This document shows positions 24,680 through 36,780 of a stretch of 64,000 bases of DNA, piece by piece. Location of the stretch: assembly GCF_009834535.1 (NCBI RefSeq), contig NC_045697.1, positions 22,198,001-22,262,000 of the forward strand. The letters are read 5' to 3'. Positions within the stretch are counted from its first letter, which is position 1. Every line of letters begins with the position of its first letter. The notes beneath the pieces were generated by a model. That model searched no databases. It saw only the letters and a list, made by a program, of their open reading frames with translations, and was not told the origin of the DNA. The DNA is from Camelus ferus (lineage: Eukaryota). A program made the position numbers and the translations under genes.

Positions 24680-25014
24680 TATCTGTAAATCTTAAACTCC
24701 CCACTTATCTCTTCCCACCCTCTTCCACTCCTGGTAACCAGAAATTTGTTTTCTATGTCTGCGAGTATGTTTCTGTTTTGTAAATAAGTTTGTCTCTTTT
24801 TCTTTGGATTCCACATATAAATGATATCATATGGTATTTTTCCTTCCTGTCTGGCTTACTTCACTTAGAATGACAATCTCCAGGTCCGTCCATGTTGCTG
24901 CAAATGGCATTATTTTATTATTTTTTATGGCTGAGTAGTATTCCATTGTATAAATATGCTACAGCTTCTTTATCTAGTCATCCATCTGTCGATGGACATT
25001 TAGGTTGTTTCCAA
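24416..25014 (-). mobile_element. Young L1 3' end (~600 bp) with perfect 13-bp TSD and internal (TA)n expansions
   Basis: ctgtatacatttt at 24403-24415 and 25015-25027 (followed by aaa, TTTT/AA site). Body has L1 motifs such as catgttgctgcaaatggcattatt...gatggacatttaggttgtttcca. (TG)(TA)n at 24417-24455, (TA)n at 24636-24674. Confidence 0.93.
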
Positions 25015-25613
25015 CTGTATACATTTTAAATCAGAAACTGACTGAGGTGGGAATCAAGAGGTGATAACCACAAGGATAAGGGGTATAAATGGATTATTTA
25101 ATTTTTTTTAGATGAATAATCAGGTACAGTCTAGTCAACTCTCAGCTTTATAATAGTTAGCTATCAAATAATTGTCACATTTTAAAGTTATAAGCATAAT
25201 TCATTTACTTATAATGTTTGAGAGTATACTTAGTAGTCAAGGAAATTTACAAACCACAGGTACAAAATAGAATATAAAAGATTTTGAAAACAGTATTCCT
25301 AGTATATAATGATTTCTTAAGGTGTACTTTTCCAGTGATATTATCATTTAAGTTAATCCAAAGCAAGTATTATTTTTATTATAACATCCTTGCTTTTTTA
25401 GTCAGATATTTTAATTACATAAACATTTACTACAAATAACCTATAATTTGTTCAGGCATCAAGTGAATTAGCAAATGTCAGTTATCACCAGATCATCTTA
25501 CTAGAAACAATAGTTATAGTTTAAATCTCAGAGTTTTCATTTGAAGTTCTGTAAGTGGATTAAAAACTGGAAAACATAGTCTCTAGTCAGAGAGACTTTG
25601 TTCTTTGTGATTT

Positions 25614-25690
25614 TATATATATATATATATATATAATATATATATATATTATATATAGAGAGAGAGAGAGAGGGAGAGAGAGAGAGAGAG
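25614..25690. repeat. Compound (TA)n(GA)n microsatellite
   Basis: Read directly. Confidence 0.95.
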
Positions 25691-26984
25691 CGCCACACCA
25701 TGATCTTTCTCTGGGAAAGGAGACTAGCCATAATATACACAGAGCGCTATTATGACTTATTTGTCACATAAATTTCACATGTATATTACATGGTTTACAG
25801 TTACCAATGGTGTGTGATAAGGGAAGGCCCTGTCTTGGAGAAAAGGATTAAATAATTATGGAATTTAATAATTTATATGTAGAATAAATAAGATATTTTG
25901 TAATGTCCCTGTCACATAGAATTCCATTCTGTTACATTGGCATCCGTGTTATTTATAACCTCTTGTAAGTGGAACATTTTTTTTTCTAGGGATTTCCAGT
26001 TTAGGTGGTGATTTGCAAATAATTATCTCAGGAATTTCGGCTAATAATACAGCAAAGAAAACCTTATGAAGACTTCTGAAAACAGTAATAGTTTTAATTA
26101 TGATTTGGTTAATAGTAAGTTTGTTTTCAGTGCTAAAGTATATATTGTAATGTAAACTCATTTAAAATCTTGATTTAAAAGAAGTGTGCATTGCTATAGA
26201 AAAGAGGACATGGCCTACTTAAATCTTACAGCAAAAATCTAGCCAGAGGGGGAAAAATGAGGAAAACACACCAGAATTATAAAAATGTTTGAAATGCTGC
26301 TATGAAAGTGTGAAATACATATAGATATACTTAACTTTAGAATCATAAAAAATGAGACATTTAATAATGTTATTTATTTGGCTCTTATTCAGAGAGTTAA
26401 CCTGAAATTACTGCTTTTCCATTTCCCAAAAAAAGGTTTATAGCAATATACTTTAGAATTATTTGTTTCTATAGCTAATCTATGATAAGCAGCTTGTATT
26501 ACACCTAGTGGGAATTTAAATGGGAAAAAAGTAGGATAAAAAGACGAAAGAAGAGAAATAAAGAGGAAACAGGAGAAGAGAGAGGAGAAGGAGTTGAGGT
26601 GACTGCTGGGAAAGGAAGGGAAAGGAAAATATAATAGCACACAGGCTAGTTGATGAATCACACATTTCTTTTGCAATTCTACATTAATTTTATCTTAACA
26701 TAAATTGTTAGGGCCAAAATATCCAATGAGAATACATTTTTTTCTGTCACTTCTCAACGATGTACAGAAAGCTCTAAAACTTGAGGTGTGTAATGTATTC
26801 CTTAAAATGGTGTAATACTCTTTCCTTAAATGACATCACAGGAAGACTACCTCTTAGACAAAAATGGCGTATCATTTAGTTTGCAAGTAAATGTCACTTT
26901 AAAGACATCTCTCTAGTCCCCCATTCACTTTCTTCCTTGTCAGATGATTTTAAATTTCCTGCACAGGGTTCATCATTACCTGAT

Positions 26985-27125
26985 GAATACTTGTTTATTT
27001 ATTTGTTTTGTATGTGTGCCCTACTACTAAATGTAAGCTAATGAGAGAAGAGAGATTGTCTTGCCTGGTCTATGGAAGACAATCAATATTCATAGAATGA
27101 ATGAGTAAAATAAATAAATAATGTA
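26985..27125 (+). mobile_element. L2 3'-end fragment
   Basis: ctactaaatgtaagctaatgagagaagagagattgtcttg...caatcaatattcatagaatgaatgagtaa. Confidence 0.55.
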
Positions 27126-29404
27126 TGTTTTTAAAGTCAACTAAGTGCTTCGTCAGTGAAGATGCAATATAGCATAGTATATTGCCATGTCATCGATGAT
27201 GGCACCTTGGTACCATGTCTGGACCTGGATATGCATTGATGGCTGAACTCTCCAGATGTGCAAAGAGAAAGTTCTTTTGGGTTTCATACGTATTTTTTCT
27301 CATAAAGGCAACAGCTCCTTTTCATGCCCTGTCTTTTTCTATTCAGAAAATCAGTGTGCTTAAACTTAGCAAACTACCGATTGCTTTATCGTGCACATAA
27401 ATACAATTGGCGATTATACTTTCAAGTCAGCACTTTATGATGAAATGCCAAGTCCACGATAATTGTATAATACAACCTCACAGAGATGTACTTCGAATAT
27501 TCAGGTGATGATTTCCAGTGTGTTTTATAGATTATTGACATAGTAAGTGATATGTCTATCAAATGGGGAAAAAAAAGTTACACAAACCATGCAATACTTT
27601 GTCCCTATTAATCAAGAATTCCCACGCAAATGTGTATATGATGGCATATTTTTCAAGAGTGACATCGAAAATCCTTGGGCATCCATTAAGATCCAGTACA
27701 AATTCCACCTTGTCCATTAATTCTTCTAACATCTCACACTACCCAGAATCTAATTCTCAACTCCCACGTAAATCTTTTATTCATGCCTGCATTGTATCAC
27801 TTAACACATTATTTTCTCATCGAGTAAAACTACTAGTATGTGGGTCTTTAATAAAACTAGTCCCCCCATCCTATATTATGAACTCTTAAAGGTAGTGACA
27901 GTGTTGGTTTTCTCCTTCTCCGTCTTGAACTGCCTAGTATAAAGCCTCACCCATAGGAGGATCTTCAGAAAGTTAATTGAATTATAGCTCACATGTGTAA
28001 GAACAGATTTCAGTTAATACATAAAATGTCAAAATCCAACTTAAATTTATTTTAGAATCAAATCTATTAATTATGTTCATATGTGCATTCATTAATTTTC
28101 ACAGATTAATTTTGTGATGTGGTTACAGTTACCAAGATACATAGCTTCTGGCAATGAAGCGGATGGGCCGGGAATGGTGGGTGTAATATAATCCATTATA
28201 TTTTATGCAATTAAACTACTCAAGGCCAGCAGTCCACCTGCCAAATCCAACCAGTTACTACAAAAATATAATGAATTAGTTTCTAAACGCACAAGAATAT
28301 TAAAGTAATACCTATTAAAGGGTGATGTTCAGGTTATTTTTACAGTTTCTTGTTAATGTGCAAAACATGTTCAAACTCCCAAATGACCCAAAGAAAATAT
28401 ATACTTTGAGTATCTATAATTGGTAATGCAATATCTACACATTGATGAATATTAGATTACAAGGGTGATATGGGTCCTTAAAACCACTTTATAGAAGAGA
28501 GTGCTTTAAGAAACAGGTTTTGAAACATTCTTTGAGTTTTTTTTTTAAATAATTCTTCCTGAAAGTTGACTCCTGGTGTTTTTACAAGCATATGATTTAC
28601 TATAGGAGCTTGCAAAGCAAGTAACTGAAAAGACAGATTTTGCTGACAAGACACTGCTATTGATTTTATTAGTCAGGAGAGGAGAAAGGGCCATCTTTTA
28701 AACCTGGAGCTCAGCTGTGGGGTGTACTTCAACCAACGCTGGTGGCGCCATTCACATGAACTACAGTGGAAGTAGTGCCCTTGGATCCACGCAATGCAGC
28801 AGCCTTGCTAGGAAGTGGGCAGCCATCATGAATAGTGTTATAATAAAATGTGGAGGATTTGTTGAGGAAATTATTACTTGATGGTCTGTCCGTATGAAAT
28901 TAAATTTAAAAAATTGAAATCAATATATAGGAAAACTCACTAAAAAGAATTCTCACATGAATTATCCCAATAGGGTGCCTCGAGGCAAACAGTTGAGAAT
29001 AAGTGTTGTTTTGTAGTGTGTGGGTAGAGGGGTGTGTGTGTATGTTTTGTATTCCTTTTGTTTACAACATTGAGACCTTCTAGACAGTGTATGGCTAATA
29101 ATTTTCTTCATTAATGTGGGAGCTCATTTAGATAAAGCTGTTTAGAAGTGTGGCCATGTGGTGTGAGAGAGCAGAGCTACTTGCTGAACAGGCTGTAACA
29201 GATCCAAGAAGCAGTGATTTTGTACCTCCTCTTTCTAGGCACAATCTGGATTCTGCTATCTTCCAAAATTCTGGTTTTAACTCTATCCTTTGGATGATAG
29301 TTGACATGAGAGACAATTTATGTGACCAATGAAAAACTGAATTAAGTGATAGGTATTATTTTCAAATGATTTAAATGCATTCTGCTCATAGAATTATAAG
29401 GGCT

Positions 29405-29540
29405 ACAATTTAAGCTAATGAGGGCAAGGATTTTGTTAGCTGTGCTCATTCACAGATCCCACATATATGGGAACATATAAACAGTTCCTAGTACCTACCG
29501 CCTAATGGGCCCTCAGATTCATTTATTGACTGAGTGAAGA
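29405..29540 (+). mobile_element. L2 3'-end fragment
   Basis: taagctaatgagggcaaggattttgt...acagttcctagtacc...atttattgactgagtgaa. Confidence 0.6.
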
Positions 29541-31194
29541 TGCCCTGAATAGGAGAAATTAAAGAGGTTATCTTTGTTTTCCTGAAACTTATGGTATGAA
29601 GACTCACTTAACATATGTATATTATAGACACACACACGCCCATGTGAACATATGTATATAGTTTATGTGCAAGTACATACAAAGATAGACTCAGACATGG
29701 TGAGGAATGTGTATGTAATGCATCTCAGCAGACACCCTCGTGTGAACTCACACTCTCACACACACACACACACACAAAGTTTACATAAATGTATTCATCA
29801 AAATTTAACTCTGTACACACACACTGTCACCACCATCACCGCCACCAACACCGAACAACAACAGCAGCACCACAAAAGCAGTGTGGTCTATTTGATTAGT
29901 TGCTGTGGTGGAAACAATACAGAGAGGACGAAATTAAAATAATGCTTAGTAAAATGGGAATAAATAAGGAACTCTCCTGGAGCTGCGGATACTTTGATTC
30001 CATACTTGAATACAGGTACAGAGTTGAGCGATATATATGCCTTAAAATGATGGCAGCACAAAGTGCAATTACTAACCCAAGAGCCTTTTTATATCTTACC
30101 TCAAATAAACACAGTACTGTTTCTGTGCAATAATATGACAGCAATGAAACTTTCCATTTACCTAAGTAACTTAAAGCCAGTTTCAACCTTGTTTTAATTA
30201 GAAATTAGACAGTTTTAATAATTCCCAGATTTACAACATCAAAGCAGGAAACTTTATTTTTTAAACCTTTGGCACTTATGAATATTTGGAAATCTTAATT
30301 AACTTGGAGAAAAGGCTGGAAAAGAAGATTATCAGCATGTGGTGATTGACAGGATAATGAAAATTTTCCTCTGCAAAATTCTGATATATTTAGCCTGACT
30401 TGAGTTTCTTCCTGTATCAGTTATCTCAGTTTTATTTTTCAGTTCAGCTGAATCAGTAAAAGGAAAATATTCACCAATGTGGTCTGTGAAAAAAAAGACC
30501 CTGATGAGAAAACAAAGGTCACTGAACCCAGACCAAAAGACAAGTGAACTAAGTTGTCAAAGACAAAGTTCCTGACTCTGCTCAACATTTTTCATCCCAC
30601 GTACCAGTGTTTTCCTTAATATCCTTCAACTGCATCCTCACTGTCGTGCACCTTCTCCATATCCTGACACTATCCTAACACTCTTCAGATCAGGACCTAA
30701 ATATGGCATCTTCTGTTTCCTTGTTTTTGTCATTTACAGTCTCACAAACATAACCCAAGCCTTGAAGCACTGCCCGTTGTATTCTCCGTTCTTATAAAAT
30801 TTGAGCTAGGAGTTTTGTAAATTAGGTACATTTGGTAGAATTAGACATTTGAGCCAAAATCTGCAATCACCTGGGACCCTTACATGATGGTTCTAAATCT
30901 ACCGAGAATTTACAGTATCTCATATATAGTACCTGACACAAATTGAGGCAATTGTTTCCTTAGGTTTTTTTTTTTTTTTTTGCAGCTTGTTTCTCCATGA
31001 TTTTTTTTTTACATCTCCTACCCAGTTCATAAGAAGATTAAGATATAGTTTGAAGCTAAAATCCTTGTTTAAAAAAATACATCAGAAAAATGGCCAAAAT
31101 TTATAAAGAAATAGCTGAATATCTCTAGTCTAGATTTTTCTTTTTATAACTAACAAAGGTGAAAATAGAGGTATAGTATTCAGTTATGATAAAA

Positions 31195-31352
31195 TTAAAG
31201 AGAAACAGACACTTTCATTTATACTGGGTGAGACTATTTAAATCCACACAACCTTTGATGAGATAGTTCAGAAACATGAATCACTGGTAAATATGTCTAA
31301 CTTTTGATCCAACATTCCAGCTTAAGTCATTGATCCTAAGAAGGAGATCAGT
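31195..31352 (+). mobile_element. Old L1 (L1ME-like) fragment
   Basis: gagaaacagacactttcatttatactgggtgag...acaaccttt...cttttgatccaacattcca...tgatcctaagaa. Confidence 0.5.
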
Positions 31353-31685
31353 TCTCAAATGTGTGTCCTACACTGGTGCCCAGCACACTGCTGTGGGTAA
31401 CTGGGGGAATAAAAGAGAGAGAGAATGCCTGCATGTGAATATCATTAAATATATTATACTCTAAAAATGAAATATATGACCTTCAAATTTGCTAGAATTT
31501 TATTTATTGACATAAGAAGGGGTTTTTAAACAGTTAAAAATGTATGATCACATTGTATTCATTTAGTCAGTAAAAATAATGATTGAATTCCACTCTGTGT
31601 GAGGCCATGGACCAGAGGATTGATAAAGACAGGGTTCCTGCCTTCATGGAACCCATAGTTAACTGGAGGGAACATCTGTTAAACA

Positions 31686-31688
<3 letters not shown>

Positions 31689-31728
<40 letters not shown>
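31689..31728. repeat. (AC)20 microsatellite
   Basis: Read directly. Confidence 0.97.
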
Positions 31729-31732
<4 letters not shown>

Positions 31733-32394
31733 AGTGAAACTGATGAGCACCTGAAAGAATCCTACATGGTGTGCGGTATGCTGTGCTAGGAACCAGGAGC
31801 TGGAGGTCCCCGTGAGAGCAGGAAAGAAAGTGGACTTGCAGCAGGGAGAAAAGGCCAAAAAAAAAAAAAAATAGTAGGGCGAAGCAGGAGGAATTCTGGA
31901 AGGAAATTTCCTAGATTCCCATCGTAGCTCTCTCTAGGCAGTGGGATTTCTGGTGATTTTCGCTTTTGAAAATACTTTCAATGGTATTTGATTGATGTGT
32001 CAATTGTGAGCACATATGAGATTTATTAAATTTTGCGTCTTAAAAACAATTTGGCAAACAAAATGGAGTAACTTGTTGATAACATCAGAGATAACTGCAG
32101 CTTAGTATTTTTTCTTAAAAAATAGATCAGTGTATCTACATGTAAAAACTATATAAATAGATCCATAAAGCCCCATTGATCCACACAAAAATAACCTAAT
32201 TTCTAATCTACATTTCCATTTCAACATTGTAAAAACTGACCAAAGATCAGCCTGAACATTGTACATTCCTCAGAGGATCCAAACAATGTCAAAATGAATG
32301 GAATCTCCTACTGAGATTTCTATCACGCAGTGACCGCAAAGGTTATGAAAAACAGGACATTTGTTATTATTTGGATTTTATTTCAAGGTGTGTG

Positions 32395-32396
<2 letters not shown>

Positions 32397-32430
<34 letters not shown>

Positions 32431-32438
32431 TGTGTGTG
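32397..32438. repeat. (TG)16 TC (TG)4 microsatellite
   Basis: Read directly. Confidence 0.97.
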
Positions 32439-33460
32439 AGACATGAGTTGTTTAGAGGCACTGGACCCCGAAGCAGCCTTCACCATGTTATGGGCAAATC
32501 AAGCTCCACTTCCCAGTTTCGCAGTAAACTTGGGAACCCCTGCAGTTGTGAAGACCTGTTAAGCCCTCTCCAGCATCCGGTGTGCTCTCTCAGCGCACGG
32601 GAAACCATGAAAGGATGAGGAACTACGTCAGTGTAGACTTTACAGAAGAGGGGTAGATCCTGAAGCTAAATTCCATCTGCTGTAAAGTGGCATGAGCTAG
32701 GACACCCAGCAGTCTTGGTTTAGCAAATTAACAGTAGGATCCTGCTGGCTTTAATACAGCACCATCCAGGCCTCGTTACAGTTGTTCATAGTGGCGCTAA
32801 CCATTTGTTTGAGTAATGCAGGGCTGTATAGGTTCCCCCTGTGAAATCTGTGTTTGACTAGGGTTCACATTGATTTCTACCCACTGACTGTGTGCAGTGG
32901 AGATTCTCATCCAAATTGATTGTTTTTTCCCTCCTCCTCCCTTCCTTGATTTTGCCTTTTGAATGGTAGAATCCAAAGAAGATAGCTGTGTTCTTTGGAA
33001 AACATTATTCTTCTATGCTACATTTCAAAGTAAAATAACTCATTTGGAAAGTATTGTGAAAGAATAACGGGAACGACCAATATTTCATACTGATTTACTC
33101 AGGCTGTATGATAAAATCATGCATGGAAAAAGAAAAGGTATCTTGATGTAAATTGGCCAGTTTTGTTTGACAAGTAATGAGCATGAACAAGGGGTCTCTG
33201 ATGGCAGAGACCTAGGGAATTAGATGTATTACCTCTATTAAGACAGTTTCAGTTGTTTTCCTGAGTGAGCTCACACAGCCCCTAGGGATTTGCATGACTA
33301 ACACATACTGGATCCATCACAGCTCAAAGATGCTTCATTCCCTCGTCCCCCTTTCAAAGAGTCTTTGAGGGAATTATCCCTGACCAGAACGGGCTGAGGG
33401 AAAAAACCTTCACCAAATTAAAAGAACTCTATAGTTTTGAAAAGGCATTTCTGAAGTTTT

Positions 33461-33866
33461 GTTGGTCAGCATTACTGCTGTAATAAACAGCCCCAGAACT
33501 GTAGAGATTTAACTCAGGTCCTTGAAGTTCTGCTTATACAATAATCGACTGGCGATGTTCTGAGGGTGACTTTCCTTTGGGTTCAGAGTCCCAGTCTCTT
33601 TCCATCTTGTAGGTCCGGCCTCCCCCGAGACCTTGGAATCCTTTCAGTTCCTCAGGGAGAAAAAGAAGCTGCACCATGTTTTTTGGGGTTTTTTTGTTTT
33701 TAATGGATCAGTTCTGGAAGGGGCTCATGTCTCTCAGCCCCATCACATTAGCCAGACAGTCATGTGACTGTATCTAATTTCAAGGGAGGTGGGGAAATCT
33801 GGTATATGGAGTCCCTGGAAGGGGATAAACAAAATGGTTGGATGACTATAACCAGTTTCTATCACA
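33461..33866 (-). mobile_element. Old MLT1 (J/K/L-like) MaLR solo LTR
   Basis: tgctgtaataaacagccccagaa...ttccatcttgt...cacattagccagacagtcatgtgac...tttcaagggaggtggggaaat...tctatcaca. Confidence 0.68.
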
Positions 33867-35459
33867 GAAGAAAATTCATTGAGAAAGTTAATTCTTTTCT
33901 TTAGGAAATAAACACAAGATCAAAACAAAACAACACCTTTCATCTTGGTGAAATATCTTCTTAATTGTTTTGAAATTATAAAAGTGCGTGTGCTTTGGAC
34001 TAGAAACCCCACACATCTTGTTTTGCTTAATTGATGTGTAGGGGGAGAATTATTTTCATATAAAGATGTGAAATAGAGAATATTTCCTTTGAATTACCTT
34101 TTATGAAGTGTGTGTTTAAACTGGAAAGGCTCCTTAATAGTTAATAGTAATGAGCCTTTTGATTTTCTGTAGCAACAGACTCTGCTAACAGCTGGTTGTA
34201 TGCAAGTGCCCTTTGGGTATTAATAATAATTTTTACAATTCTCATGTGCTCCACGTGGAAAACAACTCCTAGGTTTACTGCTAAAGGTATTCTTGGCACG
34301 ACAGAGATTTTGTGATTTTGCACAGTTGATGTCTGATTATTTCTAACGGCAGAGTAGGTAATGACTTTAAAAATTCACACAAGAGGCTCTAAAATTCCTA
34401 GTGTTTAGTTTTGTTGTACATAATTTTTCTTACTGTATCATTAAATCTATTTAGGTAACAAGGCACAACACTTTCTGAAGCCTGATGGGGAAGTAGAAAG
34501 ATACATTAAGAATAATGCATGAATGAATATTTTGTATGTTTCTTATGTGTTTATTTCATAAAAATAGATCTTAGATCAAAGATAGACAACCTAGATGTTT
34601 CAAGTGATTTCAGCCCAGATATTTAAACTGTAAATCAGATTTATCAGCTTGAGAGGTAAGTGGAACTTTTAAATTCTCCCTCATTCCTGGGCTTAGTTTT
34701 CCCGTAGAATGTGACTTGTAAATATTTGATGTATCTCAATTTGATGAGTATAGTTGACAAGCTATTATGTGTAAGCCATCACATTAGACCTTGAGAGAAA
34801 CACAGTGTTGAATCAAACTTGGAGTTTGCTTTTCAAAAAGCTTACACATAGCAATAGAAATAATATATATAAACACCAGAAGCTGCTGTGCAAAGTAGAT
34901 AGGATAATTAGGGAAAAATGAAGCTAAGAGATTAGGAGTTAAGAAGAAGGGGGAGGATGAGGAAGATAGAAGAAAAACATTTGAGAGAAAATGTACGTTC
35001 AAGGTGACAGAAATGGAAGTAAAATCTTAGGAAAATGATGCCAAATATCTTTGCTTAGACCCAGAGGCTGGAGTTGGTAAGAGAAAGCTAATGAGAAACA
35101 GAAACTGGAAAATGTTTGCAATGGACATCGGAACAAGACTTAAGAAATGTTAGCATGACACTTCTGAACTTGAGGAGGGGATGGCTGGCTGGTGAGATCA
35201 AGGTCTAACAGCAGAGAAGGAATTCACAAGGATGACGTGGCTGGAACTCATAGTCTTTGACTCCCACATTCAGACCTGATTATCGGTAAGGCCAGAACTG
35301 CTCATCTCATGGAAGCTGACTGTAGTTCGAAATGCTCTGGGGTTCATAAAACCAGACCGTGGAACTCAAATAAGGCTCCAGCATGTGTTACCTATTTCTT
35401 ATCCCTAGTCTTATCCTGACATCTAAACCTCCCTCTTCTCAGAGAATTGGCAGGAAGAA

Positions 35460-35650
35460 CAAGAGATGTAGAGTCAAACCAGGATCAGGTTCCAGCTCTA
35501 TTATAAATTAGTATAATTTCAACATTTCTTTCTCTCAACCTAAAATTACTCCTAAATAAAACTGAGGAGAATTCCTAATTTTCAGGCCTATTGTTAGGAG
35601 TAAGTGAAATAATACGTGTGTGTGTGCAGGTAGGAACCTCAAACAATATC
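35460..35650 (+). mobile_element. Degraded MIR
   Basis: agagtcaaac...ggttccagctct...cctattgttaggagtaagtgaaataatacgtgt. Confidence 0.5.
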
Positions 35651-36138
35651 AGTGCAAAGGAGATCTGACATAATCACTCACTTCCCTGCTCCCCGCCTGC
35701 TGTCACTTAAGGGTCAATTTTTTTCCTTCTTTTCTTCCTTCCTTTCTGTTTTTTTTTTTTTTTTTTTGAAATTACAGAAGAATGGTTATGTATAAAATCC
35801 ATGCCATAGGGTTTCTCTGCCTTATGTTACAATGTAGCAAAGAAAGACTGTGAATCCAAAACAAAGCTCCTGGGAATCATATTTAGGATTTAGGAGGAGT
35901 TGGATATAGAAGAAATGCTCAGATATAAAAGAGAGGAAGTTCTAACCCCAGGAAGGACAATGTCATAGAAAGCAGGGCTGGGGACGGTCATGAGGCATGG
36001 CTTAGGAGAAGCAGGTCAGAGGCTCTGCAGAACTTGATGTCCATTTGGTTGGAAGCTTGGATTGATGCTTCTCAGAAAAAAAGAGCATTAAAACCATGAA
36101 ATACTAATTTCTGCCATGTAGATGTATAGTCATTAAAA

Positions 36139-36280
36139 TTTTTTTTTTAATATTTTTGGCAGGGGAGGTACTTAGGTTTATTTATTTATTCATTTATCTT
36201 TGGAGGAGATACTGGGGATTGAACCCAGGCCCTCATGCATGCTAAACATGCCCTGTACCACTTGAGCTATACGCTCCTCC
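36139..36280 (-). mobile_element. tRNA-derived SINE, vic-1-like (second copy, antisense)
   Basis: actggggattgaacccagg...gcatgctaaacatg...taccacttgagctatac is the reverse complement of the head of the 22764 SINE; T-rich tail on the left. No clear TSD. Confidence 0.88.
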
Positions 36281-36499
36281 TGGGTGGTTATTTGATTGAA
36301 GAGAAACTTCTGTGTTTCAGGAAAGAATATACTGCAGAAAGGTAGAGTAGGGTGGAGAACTGTGAAAAATAATAAATAAAGAGTATGCATTATTTTTTTT
36401 TCTCCAGAGGACTCTGTCACTGAATAAAACAATTTCCTTTAGAATTTGGAAAAAAAATTTTGCAAGGTGGATATTATTTATATTTTCATTTCCTTTTCT

Positions 36500-36780
36500 C
36501 CCTTAACCTCAGTTTCTACATCTTTTAAAAACTAAGATGATGATAGCCATATAATAGGGTTATTGAAAAAAAATTACAGTTGAGTACACAAAGCACCTGG
36601 TTCAGTCCCTGAAACATACTAGGCTGTCTTCCACAAAAGGGAGCTCTTATAATTATTCTTGCTATTCTTATTTAAGAAATACAGAATCTGAGGCACAGGA
36701 GGATTTTATAACCTAAGGTCATGACATAAATAAATATCAGTCAGGACCAGAATCTAAACCTGTTTAAGTCTAATATCTGT
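36500..36780. mobile_element. Two adjacent MIR fragments in opposite orientation
   Basis: cctcagtttctacatc...agggttattg...aaagcacctgg (+), then gaatctgaggcacagg...cctaaggtcat...ggaccagaatctaaacc (-). Confidence 0.55.

Noticed and set aside
26540..26630. Purine-rich tract with possible H-DNA (pyrimidine-rich tracts also near 8830 and 13510)
   Set aside because: Ordinary low-complexity sequence without a clear long mirror repeat.
28248..32790. Two separate 12-13-mers (caaccagttact near 28248, ttacagttgttca near 32776) resembling halves of miR-582-5p as I recall it
   Set aside because: They are 4.5 kb apart with no hairpin context; coincidental.
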